From the NCBI GenBank assembly GCA_046328905.1, contig JAXLVP010000001.1, positions 151,025-215,024 on the forward strand: a DNA stretch of 64,000 bases, written 5' to 3'. Numbering within the stretch: position 1 is the stretch's first letter; the number at the start of each line of letters is the position of its first letter. This stretch comes from Bdellovibrionota bacterium. Lineage in GTDB: Bacteria; Bdellovibrionota_C; UBA2361; SZUA-149; CAZDWZ01. The notes under the pieces are model-generated. The model did not search any database. It saw only the letters and a list, made by a program, of their open reading frames with translations, and was not told the DNA's origin. The position numbers and the translations under genes are program-made. This document shows, one piece after another, positions 45,236-55,661 of this stretch.

Positions 45236-46792
45236 ATGGCAGCTAAGCCTCCGGGCTCCGATACAACCGCTGAGGACGGCGGAAAGCAGAGCCCCGGCAT
45301 AACTTCCGGCAAGACTGACCAGCGACTCTCCGATTCGGAGATTGCCGATTACTCGCGTGCAGCGCGTTCTGGTTTTCTTTGGATCTTTTCGACCACCGCG
45401 CTGTGGCAGGCGTTCTCTTGGATTTGCACACTTGCAACTGTTCACATCCTTTTGCCGGAAGATTACGGCCTCGTCGCAATGCCTGATGCGGTGTTTCCGT
45501 ATCTCATGATGCTCACCACGCTGAAGTTGGACACCTGGTTATTGCAGACGGACACTTTCGATCTGCGAAAGCAGGAGTCCGTGCTCGGGCTGCTCGTGGC
45601 GCTCGGGCTCATCAGTACGTTGTGCGGACTTGTGGCGGCGCCGGTCCTGGCAGATTTTTACCACTCGCCGGAGCTGAAGCTCGTTGCGCAAGTGATGTGT
45701 CTCACGTTCCTTCCCCGGGCGCTTCGCCTCCTGCCTGAATCGCGGCTCCGGCGAGAGCTGCAATTCAAGCAAATTGCCGTTTCCAATCTGGTCATCGGTG
45801 TGACGCGAGGTGTGTTTCAAATTGTCCTGGCTTATGCGGGCTTCGCATACTGGGCGCTTGTGCTTGGCGCGGTCTATAACGAAATCGCACTGCTCGTCTG
45901 GCTGGCGCTCGCCGGCGGAATGCCGAGGCGGATGCGGTGGGAGAGGGAATATAATCGCGAGGCGCTCGAGTTCGGGTTCTCGGCAACCGGGTCGACGATA
46001 TTTTGGGTAATCTTTTCGACCGCCGACAACTTGGTGGTGGGACGGCTCTTCGGCAAAGCGGCGCTCGGGTATTACAGCACCGCCTTCCTGCTGACCGATC
46101 TCCCGCTGTCGAAGCTGAACACCGTGCTCGCTCCAGTCATTACTCCGTACTATGCTAAGCTCAGATACAACACTGAGGAGCTCTGCAGAGTGTTTCTCCG
46201 TGTGAACCGAACAGTAGTCGGGCTTGTCGCGCCGGCGCTTCTCGGACTCGCCGTCGTTGCGCCTTCGCTCGTGCCTCTGTTCTTCGGCGAGCAATGGGCG
46301 CCCCTGGTCGGACCTCTGCAGGTGATGTCTATCGCCGGGATCCTTCGATGCACCACCGCCAACGTAACTTCGCTCCTCTTTTCAATCGGCGAGCCAAACC
46401 TCCTGCTTCTCTGTTCGGCGGTACCGGCGGCGATTATGCCGTTCTCCTATTATTTTCTCGGTGCCCATCTCGGGATGCCGGGGATTTACTTTACGTGGCT
46501 GGTCATCTACCCACTCCTCGGACCGCTCCTGCTCATGTTGGCGGTGTCCAAGGTCACTCCAATTCGTGCGAAAGAGTTTCTCGGAAACCTAAGCGCTCCG
46601 ATCGTTTCAGTGCTTGTGCTTGCCTTGGCAACGGTCGGGTTTGACTTCTTCGTCGGCGACTCGCTTCCGCCAATCGCGATGCTCGGCGCCCAGATCGGAA
46701 TCGGCGTGGTGGCGTACCTCGCGGCGCTGAAAGCACTGTTCCCGAGTGAGCTCGACGAAACCCTCGCGATGGTTCGCCAGCTGCGTTCGTAA
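45236..46792 (+). CDS. Wzx-type polysaccharide/oligosaccharide flippase (MOP superfamily)
   Basis: About 14 TM helices. The N-terminal GFLWIFSTTALWQAFSWICTLATVHILLPEDYGLVAM is typical of polysaccharide biosynthesis protein (Wzx/RfbX) families. Confidence 0.8.
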   Translation: MAAKPPGSDTTAEDGGKQSPGITSGKTDQRLSDSEIADYSRAARSGFLWIFSTTALWQAFSWICTLATVHILLPEDYGLVAMPDAVFPYLMMLTTLKLDTWLLQTDTFDLRKQESVLGLLVALGLISTLCGLVAAPVLADFYHSPELKLVAQVMCLTFLPRALRLLPESRLRRELQFKQIAVSNLVIGVTRGVFQIVLAYAGFAYWALVLGAVYNEIALLVWLALAGGMPRRMRWEREYNREALEFGFSATGSTIFWVIFSTADNLVVGRLFGKAALGYYSTAFLLTDLPLSKLNTVLAPVITPYYAKLRYNTEELCRVFLRVNRTVVGLVAPALLGLAVVAPSLVPLFFGEQWAPLVGPLQVMSIAGILRCTTANVTSLLFSIGEPNLLLLCSAVPAAIMPFSYYFLGAHLGMPGIYFTWLVIYPLLGPLLLMLAVSKVTPIRAKEFLGNLSAPIVSVLVLALATVGFDFFVGDSLPPIAMLGAQIGIGVVAYLAALKALFPSELDETLAMVRQLRS

Positions 46793-46914
46793 TTGCCCTT
46801 AAATTCAGCTCTTTTTACGCGGACACCGCTCGGCGGTTCCCGTTCGGCACGGCTATCATAGCGCTTTCCGGTCGGCTAGAATTCGGACTGTAAGCCGACC
46901 CCGGAGTAATCGCA

Positions 46915-49452
46915 ATGAACGGGCCCGTTGTAGAGCAGAATCCGGAAGACAACCTCGACGCCATCAAGCTGCGCCTCAGCCGGCAGAACGAGACTTTGTT
47001 GTCGCTCGCAAAAAGCCATATCGGCGGCGCGGATACGTTGCTCGAAGCCATTCGCCAGATGAACGAAGCCTCGATGCACACGCTCGGCACAGACCGAGCG
47101 AGCGTCTGGTTCTACACAGAGAATCGCACGAACGTGCATTGCGTGGATCTCTTCGATCGGGCGACTGCAGCGCACTCAGACGGCATCGATGTAAAGATAG
47201 CCACGTTCCCTCGCTTCTACAGCACGTTCAATAAAGAACGGACGGTGGCCATTGAAGACACCGAACGCGATCCCCGAACCGAGGAGTTTCATCGCGGCTA
47301 TCTCTCCCAATACGGCGTCAAGTCTCTGCTCATCTCCGCAATCTGGGTCGACGGAGCCGTCGCAGGTCTAGTCAGTCATACACAGACCCAGTATCAGCGA
47401 CGGTGGACTCTCGACGAATCGAACTTTATCACCTGCATCGCGAGCACCATCGCCCATTGGATGGACATCGCTGAGCGGCATGCAGCCGAAGAGCGTCTCT
47501 TCGGGATGCAATGCTCTATTGACCGCGCGAGTGACGGAGTGCTTTGGGTGGGACCTGACGCTCAGATCCGATATGCAAACCAGGCTGCTTCGAAAATGCT
47601 CGGTTATACGGCGGAAGAGTTGATGGACCGGAAGCTCTTCGATATTGCACCGCGATTGGCCTCCGACGCATGGGCCCGGCACTGGGATTCGGTGAAGACA
47701 CGAGGGGCCGTCACGTACGAGACCGTTCAGCGAACGAAGTCCGGCGCGATTGTCCCGGTTGAAGTCAGCTTGAACCACATTCAATTTCGTGGCCAGGAAT
47801 ATCACTGCGCGTTTGTACGCGACATCACCGAGCGCAAGGCGGCGGCAAGCGAAATCGAATCGCAACGGAGCTTCTTCCGAAAAGTCATCGATATGAACCC
47901 GAACTTTATCTTTGCAAAAGATCGGAGCGGAAGATTCGTACTCGTCAATCAGGCGGTCGCTGATGCGTATGGGACGTCGGTGAACGAGCTCATCGGTAAA
48001 TCGGATTCGGACTTCAATCCGAACGTGCAGGAGGTCGACCATTTCAGGCGGGATGACCTCGATGTGATGGATTCCGGACGAGAGAAGTTTGTCGCCGAAG
48101 AGCGGATCACCGATGCGCAGGGGCGAGTGCGGTATCTGCAGACCGTGAAGAAACCGATCATCAGCGCGAACGGTCGTGCCGAGCAGCTCCTCGGAGTTTC
48201 GACCGATATCACCGATCGGAAACGGTATGAAGAGGAGCAGCGACGCCTTGTCCTGCAGATGCAACATGCGCAGAAGCTAGAGAGTCTGGGCGTGCTCGCC
48301 GGAGGAATCGCCCATGACTTCAATAATCTCTTGATGGGCATCATTGGGAACTCGGCACTGGCGGAGATTGAGCTCCCTGAAGGTTCGGCTGTGCTCCGGC
48401 GGGTCAACCAAATCAGCACTGCCGCGAAGCGTGCCGCTGAGCTTACGAATCAACTTCTCGCGTATTCCGGCAAAGGACGTTTTCTTGTCGAACAAACTGA
48501 CCTGTCGAAGGTTGTCGCCGAAATGACCACGCTGCTCTCCACGATTGTCTCGAAGAGAGCGGTGTTAGAGCTCGATCTCCGAGACGAGCTTCCGCGAATA
48601 GAAGGCGATCCGGGCCAACTTCGGCAGGTCGTAATGAATTTGATTACCAATGCCTCCGATGCGGTCGACGACCATGGCGGAACTATTTCAGTGCGGACGG
48701 CAGAGATCGAAGCGACCAAGCAATTTCTCTCTCGCATGTACCTGAACGATGAGCTTGCGCCCGGACGATACGTGATGCTCGAAGTGAAGGACGACGGCTG
48801 CGGAATGAGCTCCGAGACACTGACTCGAATCTTCGACCCGTTTTTTACCACCAAATTCACCGGGCGAGGCTTGGGCCTCGCGGCGGTGCTGGGGATCGTG
48901 CGAAGCCATGGAGGCGCGCTCCGCGTATCGAGCGAACCGGGACTCGGAACAGCCTTTACCGTGATCTTCCCCGCGTCCGATCTGCGAGTTCAGGAGCCGG
49001 TGCCGCTCCAACCGGAAGTGATCCCCGTTAGCGGGCCGCGGGACGGGCTCTTTCTTGTCGTGGACGATGAGGAGCGGACGAGATCAATTATTCGCGAGAT
49101 GCTCGAGCACTATGGCTACCGAGTATTGATCGCGGAGAATGGTATTCGCGCAGTGGAGCTCTTCCGAGAGCACGCCGATGAGCTCACTGGGGTGCTGCTC
49201 GATCTCACCATGCCGAAGATGAATGGAGAGGAAACGTGGCAGGAGCTGTTTCAGATCCGGCGGGATGTGCCGGTCATTCTCACAAGCGGCTACAGTGAGA
49301 TGGAAGCCGCCGATCGTTTCCGCGGAAAGGCGATCGCGGGGTTCATTCAGAAACCATATCATCCTGACGACCTGAAAAAAAAGATCGATGAGCTTCTGCC
49401 AAAAGCTCAGTGTCTGCGGTCGGTTCCGCAAAGAAACAGCCTGTCGGCATAG
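46915..49452 (+). CDS. Hybrid sensor histidine kinase (GAF - PAS - PAS - HisKA - HATPase - REC)
   Basis: PAS blocks DGVLWVGPDAQIRYANQAASKMLGY and NPNFIFAKDRSGRFVLVNQA. H-box GGIAHDFNNLL, G-boxes DDGCGM and GRGLGLA, and REC domain LVVDDEE...LLDLTMPKMNG. Confidence 0.9.
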   Translation: MNGPVVEQNPEDNLDAIKLRLSRQNETLLSLAKSHIGGADTLLEAIRQMNEASMHTLGTDRASVWFYTENRTNVHCVDLFDRATAAHSDGIDVKIATFPRFYSTFNKERTVAIEDTERDPRTEEFHRGYLSQYGVKSLLISAIWVDGAVAGLVSHTQTQYQRRWTLDESNFITCIASTIAHWMDIAERHAAEERLFGMQCSIDRASDGVLWVGPDAQIRYANQAASKMLGYTAEELMDRKLFDIAPRLASDAWARHWDSVKTRGAVTYETVQRTKSGAIVPVEVSLNHIQFRGQEYHCAFVRDITERKAAASEIESQRSFFRKVIDMNPNFIFAKDRSGRFVLVNQAVADAYGTSVNELIGKSDSDFNPNVQEVDHFRRDDLDVMDSGREKFVAEERITDAQGRVRYLQTVKKPIISANGRAEQLLGVSTDITDRKRYEEEQRRLVLQMQHAQKLESLGVLAGGIAHDFNNLLMGIIGNSALAEIELPEGSAVLRRVNQISTAAKRAAELTNQLLAYSGKGRFLVEQTDLSKVVAEMTTLLSTIVSKRAVLELDLRDELPRIEGDPGQLRQVVMNLITNASDAVDDHGGTISVRTAEIEATKQFLSRMYLNDELAPGRYVMLEVKDDGCGMSSETLTRIFDPFFTTKFTGRGLGLAAVLGIVRSHGGALRVSSEPGLGTAFTVIFPASDLRVQEPVPLQPEVIPVSGPRDGLFLVVDDEERTRSIIREMLEHYGYRVLIAENGIRAVELFREHADELTGVLLDLTMPKMNGEETWQELFQIRRDVPVILTSGYSEMEAADRFRGKAIAGFIQKPYHPDDLKKKIDELLPKAQCLRSVPQRNSLSA

Positions 49453-49662
49453 ATTCGGACGACCGCCTCTTTCGCACGTGCAGTGCTCAATCGTCAACCA
49501 AACTGATACGCGTATGCGCGCGCTCATACGCGATGGTTTGCCCGTGAGAAATAATCTCCCAGTTTAGGTGCGGCTCGGGAATTTGTTCCCGGTCGTGCCG
49601 AAGACACTCCCGATCGCTCCCAAGTAGCGGCGACCTACTCTGACCACCGTGTATTCGAATTG

Positions 49663-50232
49663 ATGAATCCGTTACTGTTTTTGAAAGAAGGTACTCGAGC
49701 GCTCCACGACCGGGTCGAGCGCCGGATTGACCTACGAAGCTGTTTGCAGAGCAAGGACCAGTACGTCTTGCTGCTCCATACGCTCTACGGATTTTACGAG
49801 CGCTCGGAGTGCGCGCTCGACGCAGCACTGCGGTCTATCGTGTGTCCCTTCGCTTTTTTGCGGAAGTCTCCACTGATTGCCAATGACCTCTCGATACTTG
49901 GCTCTGGGCAGCCCGCAGTCGAGTGTCATCGAGTACCGCAGATCGACTCGCTCGAGGAAGCATTTGGAGTGTTGTACGTTCTCGAAGGGTCAACGCTAGG
50001 AGGGCAGTTCATCAGCCGTCAAGTGCAGCGTGAGCTGGGCTTCAGCCCGCAAGCCGGATGCAGCTTCTTTTGGGGATACGGAGAGCAAACAGCAACGAAT
50101 TGGCGGACGTTTTGTGAAGTTGTGGCTCGACACGCAACGACAGCCCGAAGCAGGCAACGCATGTTGCTCACGGCACGCGAAACTTTTCGGTGTCTGGATC
50201 ATTGTCTCGAGCTTCGAGGCTACGGAGTATGA
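49663..50232 (+). CDS. bphO: Heme oxygenase (biliverdin-producing, BphO type)
   Basis: LKEGTRALHDRVE and YVLEGSTLGG motifs. Its stop overlaps the bphP start as ATGA. Confidence 0.85.
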   Translation: MNPLLFLKEGTRALHDRVERRIDLRSCLQSKDQYVLLLHTLYGFYERSECALDAALRSIVCPFAFLRKSPLIANDLSILGSGQPAVECHRVPQIDSLEEAFGVLYVLEGSTLGGQFISRQVQRELGFSPQAGCSFFWGYGEQTATNWRTFCEVVARHATTARSRQRMLLTARETFRCLDHCLELRGYGV

Positions 50233-52553
50233 CAGCGAGAAACGCTGATCGGAAGATCGACGGCGGGACCAGAACGGAGATTGATCTCGAGAGCTGCGCG
50301 CAAGAGCCAATTCGAATTCCTGGAAGCATTCAACCTCACGGGACGCTCATTGCGGCGAGCTTTGCGGACAATCGAGTTGTCCAGGTCAGTGAAAATGCAG
50401 GGACGGTCTTCGGGATAGGTCCGAACGATCTTCTCGGCATGCCGTTGTCGGACGTTCTTAGCCGCCTGGGTGTATCTTCTCTCGAACATCGTCTCGGATC
50501 GCTTCCGTCGAGCCAACAGCCGCGGTTCCTCGGACCAGGCTCCGGCGGAGCCGTCCCGGTGTCGATTATCGGGCATTCGCTCGATGGGCTCGTGATACTC
50601 GAGCTCGAGCATGAGAGTTACTCCTCTGGACCACACGAGGTCGTTTCATCGCTCCAAGAAATCATTAGCCCTTTCATCGACGCGATCCAACGCATGTCGT
50701 CGTTGCACGAGCTCTGCACGGCTGTTGCCCTGGAGATACGGAGAATCACCGGCTTTGACCGGGTCCTCGTATACCGGTTCGAACAAGACGGGACGGGCGT
50801 CGTTGTCGCAGAGGATCGGAACGAACGCTTTCCTTCGTTGCAAGATCACCATTTTCCCGCTTCTGACGTGCCCGCGCAGGCGCGACAGCTCTATACAACC
50901 AATCGCGTCCGCATAATTCCGGATGCGGATTATCGCCCATCGCCACTGCTGCCGAGCCTCAACCCGATCACCGGCCGTCCGACTGATCTTTCGCAGTGCA
51001 CGCTACGAAGCGTATCCCCCGTGCACGTTGAGTACATGAAAAATATGGGTACCGCCTCGTCCATGTCCGTGTCGGTACTTGTCGGCGGGGAGCTCTGGGG
51101 GTTGGTCTCTTGTCATCACGCCACACCTCGATTGGTGCCGTTTGAGACCCGCGCAACTTGCGACCTCTTGGCCCAGGTGTTCGCCTTGCAGATCGCGGCG
51201 CGAGATCGGACCGTGGATATCGAAAGAAGAGTGCATCAACATCATATTTTGACACGGCTGCTGGGTGCTATGTCCGATGCGGACGACTTTGCCACCGGCC
51301 TGGCTTCGGCGGCTCCCGAGCTGTTGAAGTTTCAGGATGCCGCCGGAGCTGCGGTGGTGAGCGAATCACAGTGTGCTCTTTTCGGGGTGACCCCGGACGA
51401 GCAAGATGTTCGCGAGCTCGTCGATTGGCTGTTCCGAGATCAAATCGATGTCTTCCATACGAATACGCTTGACCGCCTGTTCGAACCGGCACACCGGTAC
51501 GTTGCAAAAGCCAGTGGTCTGCTTGCCGTGTCGATCTCGCGGGTGAGTCCTCTGATGGTTCTCTGGTTCCGTCCCGAGGTCGTTGAGACAATCGCGTGGG
51601 GCGGGGATCCCAGAAAGTCAGAGTCACCGCGAAGTCCCGACGGAAAGATCGGTCCGCGGACGTCATTCGCTACGTGGTTGGAGACCGTGCGAGCACAGGC
51701 TGCGCCCTGGAGGAAAAACGACGTCGACGCTGCGCTCGAGCTTCGGAGTGCGGTCGTCGACATCGTCCTCCGCAAAACTGAAGAGCTCGCAGCGCTGTCG
51801 CAAGAGTTGCGACAGACAAATGCCGAGCTCCAGCGAAGCAATAAGGAGTTGGAAGCGTTTTCGTACTCGGTCTCCCACGATCTGCGTGCGCCGCTTCGGC
51901 ACATTGTCGGCTTCGCCGAGCTGCTCAAGGAGTCGGCATCGGGTCGGATGTTACCCGAAGACCTGAAGCACGCGGACACCATTATTGAATCGAGCGAATA
52001 CGCAGGGCGGTTGGTGGACAACCTTCTGTCCTTCTCGCGAATGGGGCGGACCGAACTGCTCTTCTCACCGATTGACATGAATCTGTTGGTTCGAGACGTC
52101 AAGCGTGACGCACTTGAGGGCATTCGCGATCGAGCGATCGAGTGGGACATTGCACATCTGCCGATGGTTGAGGGCGACATCATGATGATGAAGCTTGCAG
52201 TGCTCAACCTGCTCGCGAATGCGATCAAATACACGCGCGGCCGAAATCCTGCTCGCATTACTCTCCGCGCCGAGACGAAAGCCGATGCCATTGTTTTCTC
52301 TGTGCAAGACAACGGCGTCGGGTTCGACATGCGCTACAAGGACAAGCTTTTCGGCGTTTTTCAGAGGCTCCACCGTTGGGAAGATTTCGAAGGGACCGGT
52401 ATCGGGCTCGCCAACGTGCGCAGAATCATCGAGCGGCATGGTGGGTCCGTCTGGGCGGATGGCGCAGTCGAACGCGGTGCCACGTTTTTTTTCAGCTTAC
52501 CGATACCGAAGAAAGGAGAAACCACGCATGCTGAAACCGATCCTGCTCGTTGA
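50229..52553 (+). CDS. bphP: Bacteriophytochrome histidine kinase (PAS2-GAF-PHY-HisKA-HATPase)
   Basis: Start reset to MTARNAD. Chromophore Cys context DLESCAQEPIRIPGSIQPHG. GAF domain RITGFDRVLVYRF...FPASDVPAQARQLY and SPVHVEYMKNMG. H-box SHDLRAPLRHI. Confidence 0.92.
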   Translation: MTARNADRKIDGGTRTEIDLESCAQEPIRIPGSIQPHGTLIAASFADNRVVQVSENAGTVFGIGPNDLLGMPLSDVLSRLGVSSLEHRLGSLPSSQQPRFLGPGSGGAVPVSIIGHSLDGLVILELEHESYSSGPHEVVSSLQEIISPFIDAIQRMSSLHELCTAVALEIRRITGFDRVLVYRFEQDGTGVVVAEDRNERFPSLQDHHFPASDVPAQARQLYTTNRVRIIPDADYRPSPLLPSLNPITGRPTDLSQCTLRSVSPVHVEYMKNMGTASSMSVSVLVGGELWGLVSCHHATPRLVPFETRATCDLLAQVFALQIAARDRTVDIERRVHQHHILTRLLGAMSDADDFATGLASAAPELLKFQDAAGAAVVSESQCALFGVTPDEQDVRELVDWLFRDQIDVFHTNTLDRLFEPAHRYVAKASGLLAVSISRVSPLMVLWFRPEVVETIAWGGDPRKSESPRSPDGKIGPRTSFATWLETVRAQAAPWRKNDVDAALELRSAVVDIVLRKTEELAALSQELRQTNAELQRSNKELEAFSYSVSHDLRAPLRHIVGFAELLKESASGRMLPEDLKHADTIIESSEYAGRLVDNLLSFSRMGRTELLFSPIDMNLLVRDVKRDALEGIRDRAIEWDIAHLPMVEGDIMMMKLAVLNLLANAIKYTRGRNPARITLRAETKADAIVFSVQDNGVGFDMRYKDKLFGVFQRLHRWEDFEGTGIGLANVRRIIERHGGSVWADGAVERGATFFFSLPIPKKGETTHAETDPAR

Positions 52554-52989
52554 AGACAACCCGAAGGATCTCGAGCTCACGCTCATCGCGCTGGGGAAGA
52601 GCAACCTCGCGAACGAGGTCGTGTCTGTCCGTGACGGCGAAGAGTGTCTCGATTACCTTCATCGTCGGGGAAGCTTTGCGGATCGCCCGGCCGGCCATCC
52701 TGCGGTGGTGTTGCTCGACCTCAAGCTCCCGAAGATCGACGGGCTGCAGGTGCTCGAAGAGATCAAGAGCTCGACGGAGCTCCAAGGATTACCGGTCGTC
52801 ATGCTGACCACCTCGCGAGAGGAACAGGACTTGCTGCGCAGCTACCAGCTGGGAGTAAACGCCTACGTGGTGAAACCAGTGGGGTTCAAAGAATTCATGC
52901 AAGCCATCGCCGATCTCGGCATTTTCTGGGCGGTTGTAAACGAACCGCCGCCCGGGAGCATGAAACATAAACGAAGCCCTACGGAGTAG
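52528..52989 (+). CDS. Single-domain response regulator (phytochrome-associated type)
   Basis: GGAGAAACCACGC-ATG at 52528. ILLVEDNPKDLELT...VVLLDLKLPKIDG...AYVVKP. It overlaps the bphP 3' end by 26 nt. Confidence 0.9.
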   Translation: MLKPILLVEDNPKDLELTLIALGKSNLANEVVSVRDGEECLDYLHRRGSFADRPAGHPAVVLLDLKLPKIDGLQVLEEIKSSTELQGLPVVMLTTSREEQDLLRSYQLGVNAYVVKPVGFKEFMQAIADLGIFWAVVNEPPPGSMKHKRSPTE

Positions 52990-52994
52990 ATGAG

Positions 52995-54647
52995 TTGAAC
53001 ATCATCCCCATCAATCCGGTAATTCTGCATCTCGAGGACAGCGACCTCGATGCAGAGTTTATTCGCCACCGGCTGGACAAAGAAGGATTCGTCGGCCAGC
53101 TGATACGAGCTCGTGAGCGGGATGAGTTTTTGAGCTTTCTCGCCTCGGATGCGGCCATGCATCTCATTCTTTCCGACTACGAGCTTCCAACCATCCACGG
53201 CTCTGAAGTGCTTGACCTCGTTCGGCAACACCGGCCGGATCTGCCCCTTATTTTTGTTTCCGGCGCCCTCGGGGAAGAGGTCGCTGTGGCGATGTTGAAA
53301 GACGGTGCAACCGATTACATCCTCAAGCACCGGCTCGAACGTCTCACTTCTGCGATCGAGCGAGCCCTTGCAGAAGCATCCGAAAAAACGGAGCGGAGGC
53401 GGGTCGAGCGCGAGCTGATGGCTTCGCAGGAGCAGATCGCGCGTCTTCTCGAGGCTGAGCGCGCAGCGCGGGCCGAGGCCGAACGGGCAGGTCATGTGAA
53501 AGACGAGTTCCTCGCGACGCTCAGTCATGAGCTGAGAACACCTTTGAACGCTATCCTCGGCTATGCGCGTCTCATCCGTTCATCCAAGATTTCCCCGGAG
53601 AAGCGAGACGAGGCCGCGGAGACAATCGAACGGAACGCTCGCCTGCAAGCGCAGCTCATCGAAGATCTGCTTGATATGAATCGGATCATCTCAGGCAAGC
53701 TGCGGCTGGATGTCCAGCAGATTGATCTTCCTGAGATTATCGAGGCTGCGCTGGAGACCGTGCGTCCATCCGCTGATAGCCGCGGAATCCGAATTCAGAA
53801 AATGATCGACCCGTATGCCGGACCGGTGCGAGGTGATTCCGCGCGTTTGCAGCAGGTCGTTTGGAATTTACTTTCCAACGCGATTAAGTTCACGCCGAAA
53901 GAGGGCAAGATCCAGGTGTCGCTCGAGCGGGTGAGCTCCCATCTGGAGGTCTCCGTGGCAGACACCGGTATGGGTATCGAACCCGCTTTTTTGCCCCACG
54001 TCTTCGACCGTTTTCGGCAGGCCGATGCGTCGACCACTCGGAAACATGGAGGGCTTGGTCTCGGGCTGTCGATTGTGAAGCACCTCGTCGAGCTTCATGG
54101 TGGAACCGTGCGAGCGAAAAGTCCCGGTGCAGGCCAGGGCGCGACATTCACAGTGGTGCTTCCGGTTGCCGTTATCCACGAGGAAGCTGTTGTTCCGCGG
54201 AGGGTCCATCCGAAGGTTCCGAATAAAACGCACGGCGATTGTGAGGTTGACCTTCTCGGCGTGCGGGTCCTCGCGATCGACGACGAGCCGGATTCGTGTC
54301 GTTTGGTGAAAGAGATTCTCGAGGAGTGTCACGCGACCGTGCGTACCGCGCAGTCCGCCGACGAAGCGATGAAGATCTTCCAGCAGGAGATATTCGATAT
54401 CATTGTGAGTGACATCGGGATGCCGGATGAGGACGGTTATTCTCTCATCAAGCGCTTGCGTGCGTGGGAAAAGAAGGAAGGCCGACGCACTCCCGCGCTG
54501 GCGCTCACCGCGTTTGCGCGGTCGGACGATCGGCGGCAGGCGGCCCTCGCGGGATTTCAATCGCATCTCGCGAAGCCGGTTGAAGCGGCCGAGCTTGTAG
54601 CTACCGTCGCGAGCCTCATCGGTCGAACCGGCGAAAGCGACAGCTAG
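52995..54647 (+). CDS. Hybrid histidine kinase (REC - HisKA - HATPase - REC)
   Basis: A TTG start is required to include the N-terminal REC domain (ILHLEDSDLD...LSDYELPTIHG). H-box LATLSHELRTPLNAI. C-terminal REC VLAIDDEPD...VSDIGMPDEDG. Confidence 0.9.
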   Translation: MNIIPINPVILHLEDSDLDAEFIRHRLDKEGFVGQLIRARERDEFLSFLASDAAMHLILSDYELPTIHGSEVLDLVRQHRPDLPLIFVSGALGEEVAVAMLKDGATDYILKHRLERLTSAIERALAEASEKTERRRVERELMASQEQIARLLEAERAARAEAERAGHVKDEFLATLSHELRTPLNAILGYARLIRSSKISPEKRDEAAETIERNARLQAQLIEDLLDMNRIISGKLRLDVQQIDLPEIIEAALETVRPSADSRGIRIQKMIDPYAGPVRGDSARLQQVVWNLLSNAIKFTPKEGKIQVSLERVSSHLEVSVADTGMGIEPAFLPHVFDRFRQADASTTRKHGGLGLGLSIVKHLVELHGGTVRAKSPGAGQGATFTVVLPVAVIHEEAVVPRRVHPKVPNKTHGDCEVDLLGVRVLAIDDEPDSCRLVKEILEECHATVRTAQSADEAMKIFQQEIFDIIVSDIGMPDEDGYSLIKRLRAWEKKEGRRTPALALTAFARSDDRRQAALAGFQSHLAKPVEAAELVATVASLIGRTGESDS

Positions 54648-54907
54648 CGACGAAGTCTCGCACTTCTCTGTCGTGATCGCCGCTTTCTTTCCGCTTCCAA
54701 CCAGTATCTTCAGTCATGAAATCCCGCCCGCAAACGGACTTGAACGGTGCATGCGCCGCAGTCCCCGGAAATCCGACGTGGAAAGCGATATCCACCTCAC
54801 TGATTTCTCTGTGTTTTCCTCGGCGAGAATCGAAATGGCGACGAAGTCATCATACTTTTCAAAGGATTAGCCCATTTTTGTACGGCGGCCGCCCGACAAC
54901 GAGCGCG

Positions 54908-55651
54908 ATGACAGATTCCATGAAAGACCCATCAGAAGCAGCCGAACCGCCTGTGCCGAGCGAGTCTCTTGGCGGGGTGGATGAAGGTTCGCAGGGCCCT
55001 GCTCCGAGCGGTGAGCCCAGCGTCTCTCCCGTGGGCGCGCCGAACGCTTCCGAGCCCGCACAGGACCCCAGTGCGGAGCGGAGCGAAGCGGCGATTCGGG
55101 GACGCTTTTTTGAAGCGCTCCAAAAGCGAGGACAGGACCTGATTGCATGCGACAAAAGGGAGCTTGCCGAGCAGCTGACGGTAACGGCGAACTTTCTACG
55201 CAACGGGCTTCCACGTCGACCCGGTGCGGAATCCATTGAACATCTGCTCGACAATATCCAGAAAGCCCAAAGCCTCACGCATGGGGTGCAGAACAGCTTC
55301 GAGCTGCTTGATTTCGAGCTCCTCGGACAGATCCGTCTGATGATCGAATCCTACCGCTTGCAGAAGCGCGAGCGCGAGTGGGGAACATTCTCCGCGATCG
55401 GGCTCATCGTCGAGCAGGAGATGCGTCGGAATGCCGGATTGAGCGATCGGCACGAAGTCGCCAAGCTCGTCTGCGGCCTTCTCGTTTCAACTCAGCTGTC
55501 GGCGATGCTCGAGTGCTTTCCCGCGGATCACAAACCGGCGGCAGCCGAAATTTTGCTTGCGCTGATAGAGGCGGCAGATGCGTCCGGCGCAGACGGATTG
55601 AGCCCCGCATTCCAAGCTCTCTTACAGAACGTGACGGCGTCTTCTTCATGA
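54908..55651 (+). CDS. Hypothetical soluble protein embedded in the kinase array
   Basis: Start chosen at MTDSMKDPSEAAEP. It has an acidic, Pro/Ser-rich N-terminus followed by a helical region, with no family recognised. It ends 10 nt before the GAF kinase gene. Confidence 0.5.
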   Translation: MTDSMKDPSEAAEPPVPSESLGGVDEGSQGPAPSGEPSVSPVGAPNASEPAQDPSAERSEAAIRGRFFEALQKRGQDLIACDKRELAEQLTVTANFLRNGLPRRPGAESIEHLLDNIQKAQSLTHGVQNSFELLDFELLGQIRLMIESYRLQKREREWGTFSAIGLIVEQEMRRNAGLSDRHEVAKLVCGLLVSTQLSAMLECFPADHKPAAAEILLALIEAADASGADGLSPAFQALLQNVTASSS

Positions 55652-55661
55652 GCTGCTCCGT

